Origin: Vicinamibacterales bacterium
GTDB lineage: Bacteria > Acidobacteriota > Vicinamibacteria > Vicinamibacterales > JAKQTR01
Reading direction: 5' to 3'
DNA: 64,000 bases
NCBI GenBank assembly: GCA_025456345.1
Contig: JALOKU010000001.1
Span: 248,529-312,528 of the forward strand
The notes below the pieces were generated by a model that was not told where the DNA came from, made no database searches, and was given only the letters and a program-made list of their open reading frames with translations. The position numbers were made by a program, and so were the translations under genes. This document shows positions 45,350-56,305 of this stretch, piece by piece (position 1 is the first letter of the stretch; each line of letters begins with the position of its first letter).

Positions 45350-48235
45350 ATGGTCGGCCAGACTATCTCGCACTACCGCATCGCCGAGCGGCTGGGCTCG
45401 GGCGGGATGGGTGTGGTCTACCGGGCCCAGGACCTGCGCCTGGAGCGGCCGGTCGCCCTCAAGTTCCTGCCTGAAGCGCTGACCAAGGACCCCTCGGCCA
45501 TGGAGCGCCTGCTTCGCGAGGCGAAGGCCGCCTCGTCGCTTCACCATCAGAACATCCGCACGATCTTCTCGTTCGACGAGTACGAGGGACGCCAGTTCAT
45601 CGTCATGGAGCTGCTCGACGGGCGTCCGCTCGACCGCGTGGTCGCGGACGGGCCGATGGCGCCCGCCCTCGTGCTGTCGATGGCAGCCCAGGTTGCCGAC
45701 GCCCTCGACGTCGCGCATGCCCGGGGCATCGTGCATCGCGACATCAAGCCCGCCAACCTGTTCCTGACCGGCTCGGGTCTTCTGAAGGTGCTGGACTTCG
45801 GCCTGGCCAAGACGCACCACGTGGCGCCGGCAACCGATTCCGCCATCGACGGCCAGGCGACCATGCTGGACCTGACGATGTCGGGCACGACGATCGGAAC
45901 GGCGTCGTACATGGCACCCGAGCAGGTGCTCGGCGAATCGGTCGACAGGCGCAGCGACCTGTTTTCGTTCGGTGCCGTGCTGTACGAAATGGCCACCGGG
46001 CGCCAGGCGTTCTGCGGGCCGACGCTGGGTGCGATTTTCGACGCGATCCTGAACCGCCCGCCCTTACCGCTGCAGTTGTTGCAGCCGGATCTGCCGGCAG
46101 AGCTCGGCGCGATCATCAGCAAGGCGCTCGAGAAGGACCCGGCCTGCCGGTATCAGAGCGCTGCCAAGATGCGCACGGACCTCGAGTCCGCGAGGCAGAT
46201 CCTGGAGGCGGACTCGGGCGCAGATCTCGGCCCCCGCGCGGCGGAGACTCGCTCGCGGTCAAGACCGGCGGGCGGCGGCCGCCGCTGGCCCGCCGCCGCC
46301 GCAGGCGTGACCGCCGCAGCCGTGCTTGCCCTCGTGGCTGCCGGGCTGTGGATGGGCGTGCCGCGCGCCACGTACTATCCGTGCGTGGTGGTCGGCGAGT
46401 TTCGGAGCACCATCGACGAGGTGCCGGCGAAGCTCGTGGAGTTCCAGGTGAAGCGGGCGCTCAGCCAGGTGCCGGAGTTCGTGGTGTATGACCAGCGCGG
46501 CTACGAGCTCGCGCTGAAGGCGGCGGTTCCAGACGAGACACACGACGCAGCGTCCTGGAAGCGGTGGATGCCTGGCCGGCGGACCAGCCGTCCGGCCGGG
46601 CCCGCCGTGCGGGTCACCGCGGACATCGGGCCGTCGCTGGGCAACATCGACGTCGCGCTCTCCATCACCACCAGAGCACGCGCGGAACACCGTGCGATGC
46701 CATACAAGGGCGTGAACGCCTTCTTCGACCGGGGCATCGACGACATCGCCAGGCTCGCCATCGCCCGCTTTCGCGAGGACGACCACGGAGCGGCGGCGGC
46801 CGGGGCCCTGCAGTACAGGCCCGCGCGGACGCTGCTGTCGCATCATCTCGACGCGGTGAGGATCTTCTGGCGGGCCCACGACGCGTGGACGCGCCTGGAC
46901 CTGGGCGCCGAACGCGACCTGCAGCGCGCCCTCGAGATTGACGCCGACTTCGCGCTTGCGCGCCTCACGCTGGGGGAGATCCGGATCTTCCAGATGAGGA
47001 TGAAGCCCGCGATCGACGAGATCGAGCGGGCGCGGCAGACCCCGGACGCGCTCACCGACGCCGAGCGGCTCCGCAGTTCGGCGCTGCTCGCGCGCGCGTC
47101 GCTCAACGCGCCGGACGAGAGGGTCGGGCTGCAGCGCCTGATCGAGCTCGAGCCCACGAGCAAGGAGTACGTCTTCGAGCTTGGCGAATCGTATTTCCAC
47201 ACCGCCGACATTGACGAAGCGAGCGTGCAGTACGAGCGGGCGCTCCGGCTCGAGCCCGACTACGCCACGGCGCACAATCACCTTGGCTACTGCTACTCGT
47301 GGAGCGGTGATCACAGGAGAGCCCAGGAACACTTGACCCGCTACCTGGAGCTGGACCGGTCAGCGAACGCCTGGGACAGTCTCGGCGACGCGTACATGCA
47401 CGCCGGCGAATACGCGAAAGCCGCTCACGCGAAGCAGCAGGCGCTGGCGCAGGCGCCCGACCTCTACTTCGCGGTCAAGCGCCTGATTGCCATCGACATC
47501 CTCAGCGGCCGGCTCTCGGAGGCGGCGCGCAAGGTCCAGGCCGCGCTGGGGAGCGCGGCGGACGCCCTGCAGAGGGCCGAGTTCTACGCGGCCCGCGCGT
47601 ACGGCGAACTGCGGGCAGGGCGCCTCAACCAGGCTGCCGACGCCTGTCGCGCCGGCCTCGCGCTCATCGCGCCAGACAGCGATGACTCGCCCGCCGATGA
47701 ACTGTTGTGGCTTCAGGGCCAGGCCGCCCTCGCACGACACGATACTGCAGCCGCGGCCAGGGCGCTGGCCAGGCTGCACGAGATGGTGGCGAAGGGCCGC
47801 ATCTCCGAAACGAACTACCGGCCGGTTTACAAGTACTGGCTGCACCTTGCCGCCCTGGTCGATGCCGCGGAAGGACGGCGGACCGAGGCGGCGGCCCGGC
47901 TGGGCGACCTCGACCACGTCAGGCAGAAGCTGGGCTATTGGGGCACACCGTACGACCAGGCGTTCTTCCTTGATGAGATCGGCCGCGTGCGCGAGTCCCT
48001 CGGTGATGCCGTGCGGGCGGAACGCGACTACCGCGATGCCCTGGCCTACAATCCGCACTACGCGCTCGCGCGCGTCCATCTGGGGATGCTCCTGCGCTCC
48101 GCAGGCAGGGCCGAGGAGGCCCGCCGCGAGCTCGCGGCGTTTGCCGCCGAGTGGAAGGACGCCGACCCTGCGGTGCCCGAACTGAAGCAGCTTGCCGGCC
48201 TGAGCACGGACAGCGGCCGGCCGCTTCGACCGTAG
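45350..48235 (+). CDS. Ser/Thr protein kinase with TM helix and C-terminal TPR region
   Basis: 961 aa. Motifs GSGGMGVVY, VALKFL, HRDIKPANL, DFGLAK, GTASYMAPEQ. TM helix AAAGVTAAAVLALVAAGLW. Long TPR region. Confidence 0.9.
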   Translation: MVGQTISHYRIAERLGSGGMGVVYRAQDLRLERPVALKFLPEALTKDPSAMERLLREAKAASSLHHQNIRTIFSFDEYEGRQFIVMELLDGRPLDRVVADGPMAPALVLSMAAQVADALDVAHARGIVHRDIKPANLFLTGSGLLKVLDFGLAKTHHVAPATDSAIDGQATMLDLTMSGTTIGTASYMAPEQVLGESVDRRSDLFSFGAVLYEMATGRQAFCGPTLGAIFDAILNRPPLPLQLLQPDLPAELGAIISKALEKDPACRYQSAAKMRTDLESARQILEADSGADLGPRAAETRSRSRPAGGGRRWPAAAAGVTAAAVLALVAAGLWMGVPRATYYPCVVVGEFRSTIDEVPAKLVEFQVKRALSQVPEFVVYDQRGYELALKAAVPDETHDAASWKRWMPGRRTSRPAGPAVRVTADIGPSLGNIDVALSITTRARAEHRAMPYKGVNAFFDRGIDDIARLAIARFREDDHGAAAAGALQYRPARTLLSHHLDAVRIFWRAHDAWTRLDLGAERDLQRALEIDADFALARLTLGEIRIFQMRMKPAIDEIERARQTPDALTDAERLRSSALLARASLNAPDERVGLQRLIELEPTSKEYVFELGESYFHTADIDEASVQYERALRLEPDYATAHNHLGYCYSWSGDHRRAQEHLTRYLELDRSANAWDSLGDAYMHAGEYAKAAHAKQQALAQAPDLYFAVKRLIAIDILSGRLSEAARKVQAALGSAADALQRAEFYAARAYGELRAGRLNQAADACRAGLALIAPDSDDSPADELLWLQGQAALARHDTAAAARALARLHEMVAKGRISETNYRPVYKYWLHLAALVDAAEGRRTEAAARLGDLDHVRQKLGYWGTPYDQAFFLDEIGRVRESLGDAVRAERDYRDALAYNPHYALARVHLGMLLRSAGRAEEARRELAAFAAEWKDADPAVPELKQLAGLSTDSGRPLRP

Positions 48236-48267
48236 CGCGCCAGGCCGTCGTCTGCTGGCGTCCCCGG

Positions 48268-51200
48268 CTAGGCGCCGCGGCTGCCGCGCAGCTGCTCGAG
48301 GGCGATCAGCTGCTCGATGGCCCGCAGCGTGAGCGCGTCCCTGTCGAGTTCCCGGAGCGGCGCCCACGCGCGGCGCAGCTCGCGCGACAGCGCGTCGGGC
48401 AGCGCGCGCAGCCACCCCTCGATCCTGAGGTCGACAAACTCCCGCTTCTCCTCGATCGTCAGTTCGCGCGCCAGCAGCAGGCGCGCCGCCTCGTCGGCAT
48501 CCACCAGCGTCTGCAGCACCGGCCATCGCTCGCCGGGCCGTTCCGCACAGATGGCCGAGAAGGACCCGTTGCTCGTGTCGCGGATGAGCTCGCTTTCGCG
48601 CGTCGCCAGGCTTTCGTGCTCCTTGGTCTCGTCCCAGCTGTCGGCATCCTCGGCGACGTACCGCAGGTAGAGCATCGCGAACAGGCTGGTGGGCAGCACC
48701 AGTTCCTCGTGCACGCGGACATCCGCCCAGATCGCGGCAGCGGCCCGCAGGCTGCGCCGGGCCAGGGCCTCGGCAAAGCGCCTGCCGAACACGAGCGCGA
48801 CCGACTCGCGGACGAACGAGGGCAGCTCGCTCGCGAGGATCTCGCGGTAGCCGGGCACGTGCCGGTCGAGGAGCACGGCGGCGCGTTTGTCGAGGGCCGC
48901 CAGATCGCTCACGACCGCCGGCAGTCCGAGCGTCGTGCAGCCCAGGTTGAAGACGATCGCGCGTGGCAACGTGACGCCCTCGGGCCACGCGTCGCGCAGG
49001 TCGCGATTGTCGGGGAGCGACGAGCCGCCGCCCCATTCCTCGGGATACTCGGGGATCGACCGCCCGTAGTTGACCGATCCCGTCGCGCGGATGCGCACGC
49101 GCGTCTGCGGCACCAGGCCGCCGAACGGAGCCACGAGCGGCGCGATCGCAAGCAAGGTCGAGGTGTGCGCCTTGACGCCCTGTTCGAGCAGCCTGCCCAG
49201 CGATTCGCGGTCGGCCGCATTCACGAGCGGGACGGGCCGGCTGGCCGCGATGGCGTCCCGGAACTTTCCAGCCAGGCGCACGGTCTCGGCCGGCGCGTCG
49301 GCGCGGATGCCCTGCAGGCTGACGCCGTCCGCCCGCGCGAATTGCGCGATGACGCCGTCGTGCGCCGGATCGAACCCGCCGCGGAATCCGGCGCGGCCGG
49401 CGCCGACGAGGAACGTCACCTTCGGGGCCGGTTCCCCGGCGCGCCGCGCGTGCCCGGCGAGCCGCCGCTCGGCCTCGTCGCGCCCGGCGATCAGGAGCGC
49501 GTAGGCGGTATCGGTGGCAATCTTGCCGCTCTGCTCGGCCGTGTCCGACATCGCCACGAACACCCGCAGGACCGCGGCCGCTTCGCCGGCGCCGGTCACG
49601 AAGCTCGACGCCGACGGCAGGCCCGGCACGCCGCGGTTGCGTTCCAGCATCCCGTAGTACGCCTCGAGCAGGTCCGGCAGGTGCGACAGCGCGCCGACGT
49701 TCTCGACGAGCGGGACGAGGCGGACGCGGGCGACGCGGGCGATGAGATCCGCGCGGTCCGCGTCAGGGATGCGGGCCAGGAGGAACGCATCGACGCGATC
49801 GGGCGACCCCTGGAACAGGTGATCGATCGCCTGGCGGTAGAGCGTGCCGATCTTCATCAGCGCGCCGATGTCGGCGCGTGCGTTGATCTGAGGAACCGTC
49901 AGCTCGTAGATGGCGTTCTGCGACGGCTCGAGACCGAGGCGCCGCGCCGCCAGCAGGAAGAGGAAGTTCGTCCGAGCCACGACGGCCAGGATTTTCTCGA
50001 TCTTCTCCTCGTCCTGCTCGAGCCACGGATTCGGCACGCGGAACAGGAGGTGGCAGTCGTCGCCGGGCACCAGCCCGTGGCGGAGCAGCGCGAGCACCAC
50101 CTTCTCGGGCACGTCGAGCCACTCGGGGCTGATCTGCCGGCCCTCGTAGTCGAGCAGCACCTCGTTGCACGGGCCGAGCAGGTCCGTGATGCTCTCTTCG
50201 TACTCCTGCCGGGCGTCGACGAGCGGGTGCCACTCGAGGTGGCCGAGGATCCGGCTGGCGTGATCGCGATCCGTGCCGGCGTCCGAGCCGATGGCCCGGG
50301 CGAGCTGCCCGGCGCGATGGACGGTGGAGTCGGGGTGCTTGGTACCCGTGAGCCGGGGACGGTCCGGCCACGACGGGCGCTGCCGCGCGCGGCGGGCCGT
50401 GTCGAAGGCGGCGGCGTCGAGACCGTCGAGGGCGTCATACCCGTCTGCCGTGCACACGCTGCTCCAGACGGCGTCCTCGATGGACGACGGCGCGGCCGTC
50501 CCGCCTCCCGCGAGCGGCGCGGGCGCGGGCGCCGGGGCGCTCGAGCCCAGCCGGCCCTGTTGCGCAATCCGGCGCCGCACGCGCTCGATGAACACCGCGA
50601 GCTCCTTCACGTCCTTCGACCCGTACGACAGGCGTTGCCACGTGCCGTAGCGCGCGGGGTCGCGCCCGGCGAACGCCGTGAACGGAATGCCGCCGACGCC
50701 CGCCGTCAGCAGGAAGTCGAACGCATCGTCGGCGGTGCGCACGGTCGCGCGCTCGCGGAGGCCGTGACGGAGCCGCTCGAAGCGCTCGCCGACCAGGCCG
50801 GGAAACGCCAGCGGGGCGTAGAAGGTGCCGCCGAAGTCCGTGCGCGCCACGCCGAGGCCGGCGATCTCGTCGGCGGCCTTCACCATGAAATCGCGGCGTT
50901 CGCGCATGTACGGCGACGGGCGCCGCAACGCGGCCAGCGGGCTCTGAAGCGCGGCCAGCGCCCAGTCCTGCGCGAGGGTGGACGGCGTCGCCACGAGCCA
51001 CGCCGACAGGTTCGCGATCACCTCGCGCGCCCGGACCCCGTTGGCCTGAATCTGGTCGGACAGGACCAGCCAGCACGCCCTCGCGCCCGTCGACGCGCCG
51101 AACATGTCCATTTTCGACAGGCCCGAGAGCGTCACGACCCGGTCGCGCCACTCGGCGCGGGCGAAGGCGGGGTTCACGAAGCCGCCGACGTAATCGAGGC

Positions 51201-51849
51201 GCTGGTACACCGAGTCGTACAGCACGTACGCGCCGTGCCGCACGCAGACGCCCACGAGCGACTCGACCAGCTCGCGCGGGTAGACGCGGCCCGTCGGATT
51301 GTGCGGGTTGTTGATGATGACCGACGAGATCCTGCCGGCCGCCAGCAGGCGGTCGAGCTGCTCCGGGTCGGGCAGGAAGGCCGGCGGGGCGGTGGGCAGT
51401 TCGACCAGGTGCTTGCCGGCGCGCTCCACGAACCAGTCGTACTCCCAGCTCGGCCGGGGCACCACGACCCCCGTGCCGTCGGCGCCGAGCACCTCCAGCA
51501 CCATCGCAAGGCCCGACCGTGTGCCCGACGTGAAGAGGACTTCATCGGGCAGGAACCGGACGTCGGAGGACGGGTAGTCGATGCGTCCGTCACGGTTGAA
51601 GAACTGGGCGATCTCGCTGCGCACGTCCATGCGCCCGACCGCCGGCCCGTAGCTGTGCACCGTGTTGCGCGTGATCCGCTGGGCGGCCCGGACCACCTCC
51701 GGGTGCGGCGCGAAGTCGGCGTTCTTGTAGTCGCCCTGCGTCAGGTCGAGGGCGCCTTCCTGCTGCACGCGGCGGGCGAACGCGCGCACGAGCGGCTCGG
51801 GCGTCGACAGGGCATGGGCGGACAGCTGCGGCGCGTACGGGCGATTCAT
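48268..51849 (-). CDS. Fusion protein: class I/II PLP aminotransferase (N-terminal) :: archaeal-type phosphoenolpyruvate carboxylase PepcA-like (C-terminal)
   Basis: 1193 aa with a GAGGAG RBS 6 nt upstream of ATG 51849. Aminotransferase motifs: NPHNPTG (181-187), YDSVY (211-215), SGLSK (K246), R257. Ala/Pro linker at 436-450. PepcA-like motifs in order: TKHPDS (503-508), EVLLDYEGR (563-571), FRVPNP (603-608), LVPLVENV (711-718), AMSDTAEQSG (766-775), GAGRAGFRGG (816-825), LPRAIVFNLGCTTLGLP (961-977). Confidence 0.85.
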   Translation of the reverse strand: MNRPYAPQLSAHALSTPEPLVRAFARRVQQEGALDLTQGDYKNADFAPHPEVVRAAQRITRNTVHSYGPAVGRMDVRSEIAQFFNRDGRIDYPSSDVRFLPDEVLFTSGTRSGLAMVLEVLGADGTGVVVPRPSWEYDWFVERAGKHLVELPTAPPAFLPDPEQLDRLLAAGRISSVIINNPHNPTGRVYPRELVESLVGVCVRHGAYVLYDSVYQRLDYVGGFVNPAFARAEWRDRVVTLSGLSKMDMFGASTGARACWLVLSDQIQANGVRAREVIANLSAWLVATPSTLAQDWALAALQSPLAALRRPSPYMRERRDFMVKAADEIAGLGVARTDFGGTFYAPLAFPGLVGERFERLRHGLRERATVRTADDAFDFLLTAGVGGIPFTAFAGRDPARYGTWQRLSYGSKDVKELAVFIERVRRRIAQQGRLGSSAPAPAPAPLAGGGTAAPSSIEDAVWSSVCTADGYDALDGLDAAAFDTARRARQRPSWPDRPRLTGTKHPDSTVHRAGQLARAIGSDAGTDRDHASRILGHLEWHPLVDARQEYEESITDLLGPCNEVLLDYEGRQISPEWLDVPEKVVLALLRHGLVPGDDCHLLFRVPNPWLEQDEEKIEKILAVVARTNFLFLLAARRLGLEPSQNAIYELTVPQINARADIGALMKIGTLYRQAIDHLFQGSPDRVDAFLLARIPDADRADLIARVARVRLVPLVENVGALSHLPDLLEAYYGMLERNRGVPGLPSASSFVTGAGEAAAVLRVFVAMSDTAEQSGKIATDTAYALLIAGRDEAERRLAGHARRAGEPAPKVTFLVGAGRAGFRGGFDPAHDGVIAQFARADGVSLQGIRADAPAETVRLAGKFRDAIAASRPVPLVNAADRESLGRLLEQGVKAHTSTLLAIAPLVAPFGGLVPQTRVRIRATGSVNYGRSIPEYPEEWGGGSSLPDNRDLRDAWPEGVTLPRAIVFNLGCTTLGLPAVVSDLAALDKRAAVLLDRHVPGYREILASELPSFVRESVALVFGRRFAEALARRSLRAAAAIWADVRVHEELVLPTSLFAMLYLRYVAEDADSWDETKEHESLATRESELIRDTSNGSFSAICAERPGERWPVLQTLVDADEAARLLLARELTIEEKREFVDLRIEGWLRALPDALSRELRRAWAPLRELDRDALTLRAIEQLIALEQLRGSRGA

Positions 51850-51992
51850 GTAGCACTCCTCGACGAGGCGAGCGGCGAAGCGCGTGTCTGTGGAAGATAG
51901 CGCATTCTACCGGACCGGCGGCAGTCTGCCACTCACGCAATCGGCACGCCATCCTCGGCCGGGGAGTTGAGCGGGAGCCATTCCATCCGGAC

Positions 51993-53693
51993 TCAGCGGT
52001 ATTCGCGCGCGACGATCGCGCTGTCGAGGTAGCCGAGCCGGCAGGCCTTGACGCGAACGGTCGCGGGCAGCGGCAGGTCGATCGCGCCTGTCGACAGCTT
52101 CCAGCGTGCCGCATCCCCGGCCTCCGTCGTGTACGCGAACGATGCGCCGGGCGTCGGCGAGGTCACCATCAGCCTGATCATGCCGGCGTGCGGCCTCGCG
52201 TCTGTCAGCACCGGCTCCGCCACCTGGACCCACACGCCGCCGGGCCGCATGCGCTCGCGCAAGTCAGCCTCCGGCACGAGGCCGAGATCGCCCGTGTCGC
52301 GCTGCCACTCATCGAGGGCCCGGCGCATGCGCGCCAGCACGGCCTGGTGAGCGGGAGCGCCCGCCAGGTTTCGCACCTCGTGCGGGTCGTCGACGACGTC
52401 GTAGAGCTCTTCGGCGGGCTTCTCTGGCGCGAAGAACAACAGTTGCACCGGGTTCAGGGCCCTGCCGTATTCGGGGCTGAGCGCGTTCATGTGGTCCTTG
52501 TACCGGCGCCGCCACTCCCGCATCGTCGGCATCTCTTCCATGTACTCGATGTGCTGCGCGTACGGGCGGCCTGGGTAGAAGTTCCTGATGTAGCGGAAGC
52601 GCGCGTCACGGACGGTCCGCATCATGTCGTAGGCCTCATCCATCCGATCCCGGTGCCCGACGACGTATTGGCGCGCGGGCGGCTTTCCCGGACCGAGGAA
52701 CGCCCGCCCCTGCATGTGCGCCGGAACGGGCACGCCCGCCAGTGTCAGCACGGTGGGGCCAAGGTCCATCAGGCTGACGAGGCCGTCGACGACCGACCCT
52801 GGCGCGATCGTGCCGGGCCAACGCACGATGAGCGGGACGGTCAGGCCGGAGTCGTAGACGAACCGCTTGCCCCGCGGCAATCCGCGGCCGTGATCGCCCC
52901 AGAAGAACACGATCGTGCGATCGGCGAGGCCGTCGTCAGCCAGTTGCTGCAGGATGGCGTTCACCTGCCCGTCCATCGTGGAGATCAGGTCGTAGTACCT
53001 CGCCCAGTCCCTCCGTACCAGTGGCGTGTCGGGATAGTAGGGCGGCAGCTGGGCGCGCGCCGGATCGTGGCGCGCAGCTGGAGCGAGCGAGGCCGTCACC
53101 CGCGCGAATTGCGAGTCCTCCAGCCGGATCTGGCTCTCGTGGGTGGTCAGGATGTTGAAGACCGCGAAGAACGGTTGTTGCGGATCCGGCCGGTTCCTCC
53201 AGTGCGCCTGCTCGCGCGACTCGTCCCACACGGTGTCCGGGGGGCGGTTGGACGGCGGCGCCTCGAAGTTGTAGTCCGTCTTCGAGCGGTTCGTGCAGTA
53301 GTAGCCGGCGGCCCTGAGGTACTCGGTAAACGCCTTGACGCCGGCCGGCGGCACCGCCTTGGACCGCATGTGCATGGATCCGATGGTGGTCGGGTACATC
53401 CCCGTGATGATGGCCGACCGGCTCGGCGCGCAGACCGGCGCGGCCGAGAAAGCGTTGGTGAACCGGGCGCCCTCGCGCGCCAGTCGATCCAGCGTGGGCG
53501 TGACCGCGTACGCGTCGCCGTAGGCGCCCAGGTCGGGGCTCAGATCCTCCGCGGAGATCCAGAGGATGTTCGGCCGTGCGGCCGCCGCGCCTTCCGCGGC
53601 CTGGGCGCTCGACGCCGCTGGCCGGAGGCACGCAAGCAGCATCGCGAGGGCGCCCGCCGCCCGCTTCACGCGCCGAAAGTCCCGGACGGTCAT
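51993..53693 (-). CDS. Cys-type (formylglycine) arylsulfatase, secreted
   Basis: ATG at 53693 ([23 protein letters not shown]..., signal peptide). This is an internal Met of ORF 51993..54152 and overlaps the upstream gene stop by 4 nt (ATGA). Sulfatase motif [15 protein letters not shown]. Confidence 0.9.
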   Translation of the reverse strand: MTVRDFRRVKRAAGALAMLLACLRPAASSAQAAEGAAAARPNILWISAEDLSPDLGAYGDAYAVTPTLDRLAREGARFTNAFSAAPVCAPSRSAIITGMYPTTIGSMHMRSKAVPPAGVKAFTEYLRAAGYYCTNRSKTDYNFEAPPSNRPPDTVWDESREQAHWRNRPDPQQPFFAVFNILTTHESQIRLEDSQFARVTASLAPAARHDPARAQLPPYYPDTPLVRRDWARYYDLISTMDGQVNAILQQLADDGLADRTIVFFWGDHGRGLPRGKRFVYDSGLTVPLIVRWPGTIAPGSVVDGLVSLMDLGPTVLTLAGVPVPAHMQGRAFLGPGKPPARQYVVGHRDRMDEAYDMMRTVRDARFRYIRNFYPGRPYAQHIEYMEEMPTMREWRRRYKDHMNALSPEYGRALNPVQLLFFAPEKPAEELYDVVDDPHEVRNLAGAPAHQAVLARMRRALDEWQRDTGDLGLVPEADLRERMRPGGVWVQVAEPVLTDARPHAGMIRLMVTSPTPGASFAYTTEAGDAARWKLSTGAIDLPLPATVRVKACRLGYLDSAIVAREYR

Positions 53694-56164
53694 CGCGACG
53701 CCTCCACGGTGAACGCGTTTGGCCCTGGTCGGAGCGGGCGCTGGACGCCGCTCCAGGAGAAGTCGCCGGTCACGCCGGCCGGCAGGGTGATGCCGGCGCG
53801 AAGGCGCGTGCCGGCGCGCTCGAGCGTCACGGCGATCTCGCCCTTCGGGTGGGGGATGGAGCCCGAGACGCGCTCCAGCGCCCCGAGGAACGGGCGGACC
53901 CGCACGCGCTCGAACCCCGGTGCGGCCGTATCGACGCCGAGCACGGTGCGGAAGACCTCGAAGTTCGGGCTCGAGCTCCACGCATGGCAGTCGGATCGCG
54001 ACGGGTTGCCCGGCTGCTCGTAGCGCTCGGCAAACGTCGTCAGTCCGCGCGACAGCATCGATTCCCATTCGCCGAGCAGGCCGAGGAAGCGGTCGCCCTC
54101 GCCGGCCATGTTGACGGCCGAGTGCACGTAGTGGCGGAAGTAGTACGAGCACTGGACGATGGATGTGTCGGCGAGGATGCGCGTGACGAGGCCCCGGGCC
54201 TCATCACCCGCCGAGACGCCAGCCAGCACGGCCAGCACGTTCGTGTGCTGGGAGAACTGTTGTTTCGCAGGGGTATCCGCGAAGAGGCGCCGGCCCTGGT
54301 CCCAATAGCGCGGCCGGAGCGCCGCGCGGAGCGTCGAGGCCGCTGCCCCGTACTCCGCGGCCATCGCCTTCGAGCCCAGATCCGCTTCGAGACGCGCGGC
54401 CCAGTCGTACGCCAGCAGCAACTGCAGGTCGAGCGGCGCGCTCGACCCGTCGGCGTCGCGCGGCGGGACGCCGCTTCGCCACTCGGTTGTCCAGTCCACG
54501 TAGTTCCACCACGGCAGCGGCCCCAGCGAACCGTTGGCCCGCTGGCGTGCCGCGAAGAACTGCAGGACCGCCCGCACCCCGGGCAGCATCTCGCGGACAA
54601 ACGACGGATCGTCCACGTACATGTAGTAGTCGTGCACCATCCCGATCCACCACAGCGAGAACGGCGGGATGTACTGCTGCTGCCGCGTCGGCGCGCGGCT
54701 CATCGTGGCGCCTTCCGCGGTTCTCGAGTCGTTCAGGTGCGCGATGGCGTTCTTCATCAGCCGCGCGTCGCCGGACGTGTAGAGCGAGACCAGCGCCTGG
54801 ATGCGCGTGTCGCCGGCATACTGCAGCTGCTCGTAGTAGGGGCAGTCCATGTAGCTTTCGTGGGCGCACAGGCGCGCCGTGCGCCAGCCGACGTCGAGAA
54901 TCTGCGGCAGAACCGCCGAGCCCGTGTCGATCTGCGCCCTCCGCTCGAACGGGTAGCCGGTGTAGATGCCGTGCAGGTCGTCGATGACCAGCGGCTCGGC
55001 CTGCGTGTCGACGGTCAGCTCCAGGTACCGGTACGTGCGCCACCACAGCGGACTGTAGCGGCGGTTGCGCCCGCCGTCGGCGACCACGACGTCGTAGTTG
55101 CCGACGAATTCCTTGCCGTCGACGTCGTTGCGGTTGCCCTTGTCCGGGCGCGATGTCGACGTCGCCGGCCGATAGAGCGCCTCCGCGTACCCCATCGTGA
55201 TCGTGGCGCCCGCGCCGCCGCTGTACTCGAGCACCGGATAGGCGGTCGTCAGGTGCGCCTGGTCGATGAGGAGACGCGCCCGGGTGCCGGCCGGGATCGT
55301 GAACGCTTCCCGCGTCTTCGGAAACCCTGGCGGCACGTGCGCACCGGCGGCCTGCCGCACCGCGGCCATCCGCTCGGGCCGTTCCTCCATCAGGGGAATC
55401 GTCCGGGGCACGAGCAGCCACCGGTTCGGCGAGTCCTGCGAGGACCTCGGCGAACCGCTGGCCCGGCCGTCCGGCACCGCCGGCACCGCCATCGCCCACG
55501 GCGCATCGTCGTACGCGGAGGCCTCCCATCCCCAGAGGAACTTCGCCCCATCGACCCGCTCGCCGGGCCCGACGACGTAGTAGCCGCGCAATTGGGCGGA
55601 GGTGAACGGAATGGGCGAGTAGGCCGGGTTGCGGGCCGCCCTCCAGGTTTCGTTGGAGTTCACGGCCTGCTCGGCTTTCGTGTCGCCCTGCAGCAGGAAG
55701 CCCGTCCGCCACGTGACCTGCGACTCGGGCGCCAGCTCGCCGTAGTTCCAGACGACCGCCGCGAGCACGTTCCTTCCTGCACGCAGATGCGGCGCGAGGT
55801 CGATCGTGTCGAAGCGCCAGTGATTGAGATCGCCCCGCGCCGGCCCCCAGACCACGCGCTCGCCGTTCACCCAGAGCTGGTAACGGTTGTCAGCCGTAAC
55901 GTGAACGACGAAGCGCCTCGGGCGTTCGGCCAGCTCGAAGACCTTGCGGAAGTGATACACGCCGAAACCGAAGGGGTCCGTGCCCGGGGCGACGATCCAC
56001 CGCGCGTCCCACCGGCGGGCCAGCAGGTCCGGGTTGATCGCGGGCGGCGCCTGGGCCGCAGCCTTCGCCACCAACTGGGCCTGCGACGCGCCGCCGATCG
56101 CCTGGGCAGCCAGCAGCAGCGATGGGACGAGAATCTTCAACATGCGCACGGGACTCTCAGCCAT
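53690..56164 (-). CDS. Glycoside hydrolase family 78-like (alpha-L-rhamnosidase family) protein, secreted
   Basis: 824 aa with a signal peptide (alternative ATG at 56143). Segments [14 protein letters not shown] (beta-sandwich), [17 protein letters not shown] and [10 protein letters not shown] ((alpha/alpha)6 barrel) match my memory of GH78-type enzymes. Confidence 0.75.
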   Translation of the reverse strand: MAESPVRMLKILVPSLLLAAQAIGGASQAQLVAKAAAQAPPAINPDLLARRWDARWIVAPGTDPFGFGVYHFRKVFELAERPRRFVVHVTADNRYQLWVNGERVVWGPARGDLNHWRFDTIDLAPHLRAGRNVLAAVVWNYGELAPESQVTWRTGFLLQGDTKAEQAVNSNETWRAARNPAYSPIPFTSAQLRGYYVVGPGERVDGAKFLWGWEASAYDDAPWAMAVPAVPDGRASGSPRSSQDSPNRWLLVPRTIPLMEERPERMAAVRQAAGAHVPPGFPKTREAFTIPAGTRARLLIDQAHLTTAYPVLEYSGGAGATITMGYAEALYRPATSTSRPDKGNRNDVDGKEFVGNYDVVVADGGRNRRYSPLWWRTYRYLELTVDTQAEPLVIDDLHGIYTGYPFERRAQIDTGSAVLPQILDVGWRTARLCAHESYMDCPYYEQLQYAGDTRIQALVSLYTSGDARLMKNAIAHLNDSRTAEGATMSRAPTRQQQYIPPFSLWWIGMVHDYYMYVDDPSFVREMLPGVRAVLQFFAARQRANGSLGPLPWWNYVDWTTEWRSGVPPRDADGSSAPLDLQLLLAYDWAARLEADLGSKAMAAEYGAAASTLRAALRPRYWDQGRRLFADTPAKQQFSQHTNVLAVLAGVSAGDEARGLVTRILADTSIVQCSYYFRHYVHSAVNMAGEGDRFLGLLGEWESMLSRGLTTFAERYEQPGNPSRSDCHAWSSSPNFEVFRTVLGVDTAAPGFERVRVRPFLGALERVSGSIPHPKGEIAVTLERAGTRLRAGITLPAGVTGDFSWSGVQRPLRPGPNAFTVEASR

Positions 56165-56305
56165 GTCAGCACTCCGGGGCGCCAGCCGCCGTGCGAATCA
56201 TAGCGCCAACCAGCGTCAGGGGAGCGGAGCGCCATCCGGTCGCCTTGCCGGGACTCGCTCATCTGGACTATGTTCACGGGCGAGCGCTGAAAGGGGAACT
56301 CGCTC

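Noticed and set aside
48151-51900. 1249-aa plus-strand ORF, the longest in the window
   Set aside because: It lies exactly antisense to the aminotransferase-PepcA gene. Its translation is dominated by Arg, Gly, Ala, Asp and Glu runs with no recognisable motif. The minus-strand frame carries ordered catalytic motifs and an RBS. This is a typical shadow ORF of a GC-rich gene.
53576-56203. 875-aa plus-strand ORF
   Set aside because: It is antisense to the GH78-like gene, with low-complexity Arg/Pro/Gly-rich translation. The minus-strand product has a signal peptide and glycosidase motifs.
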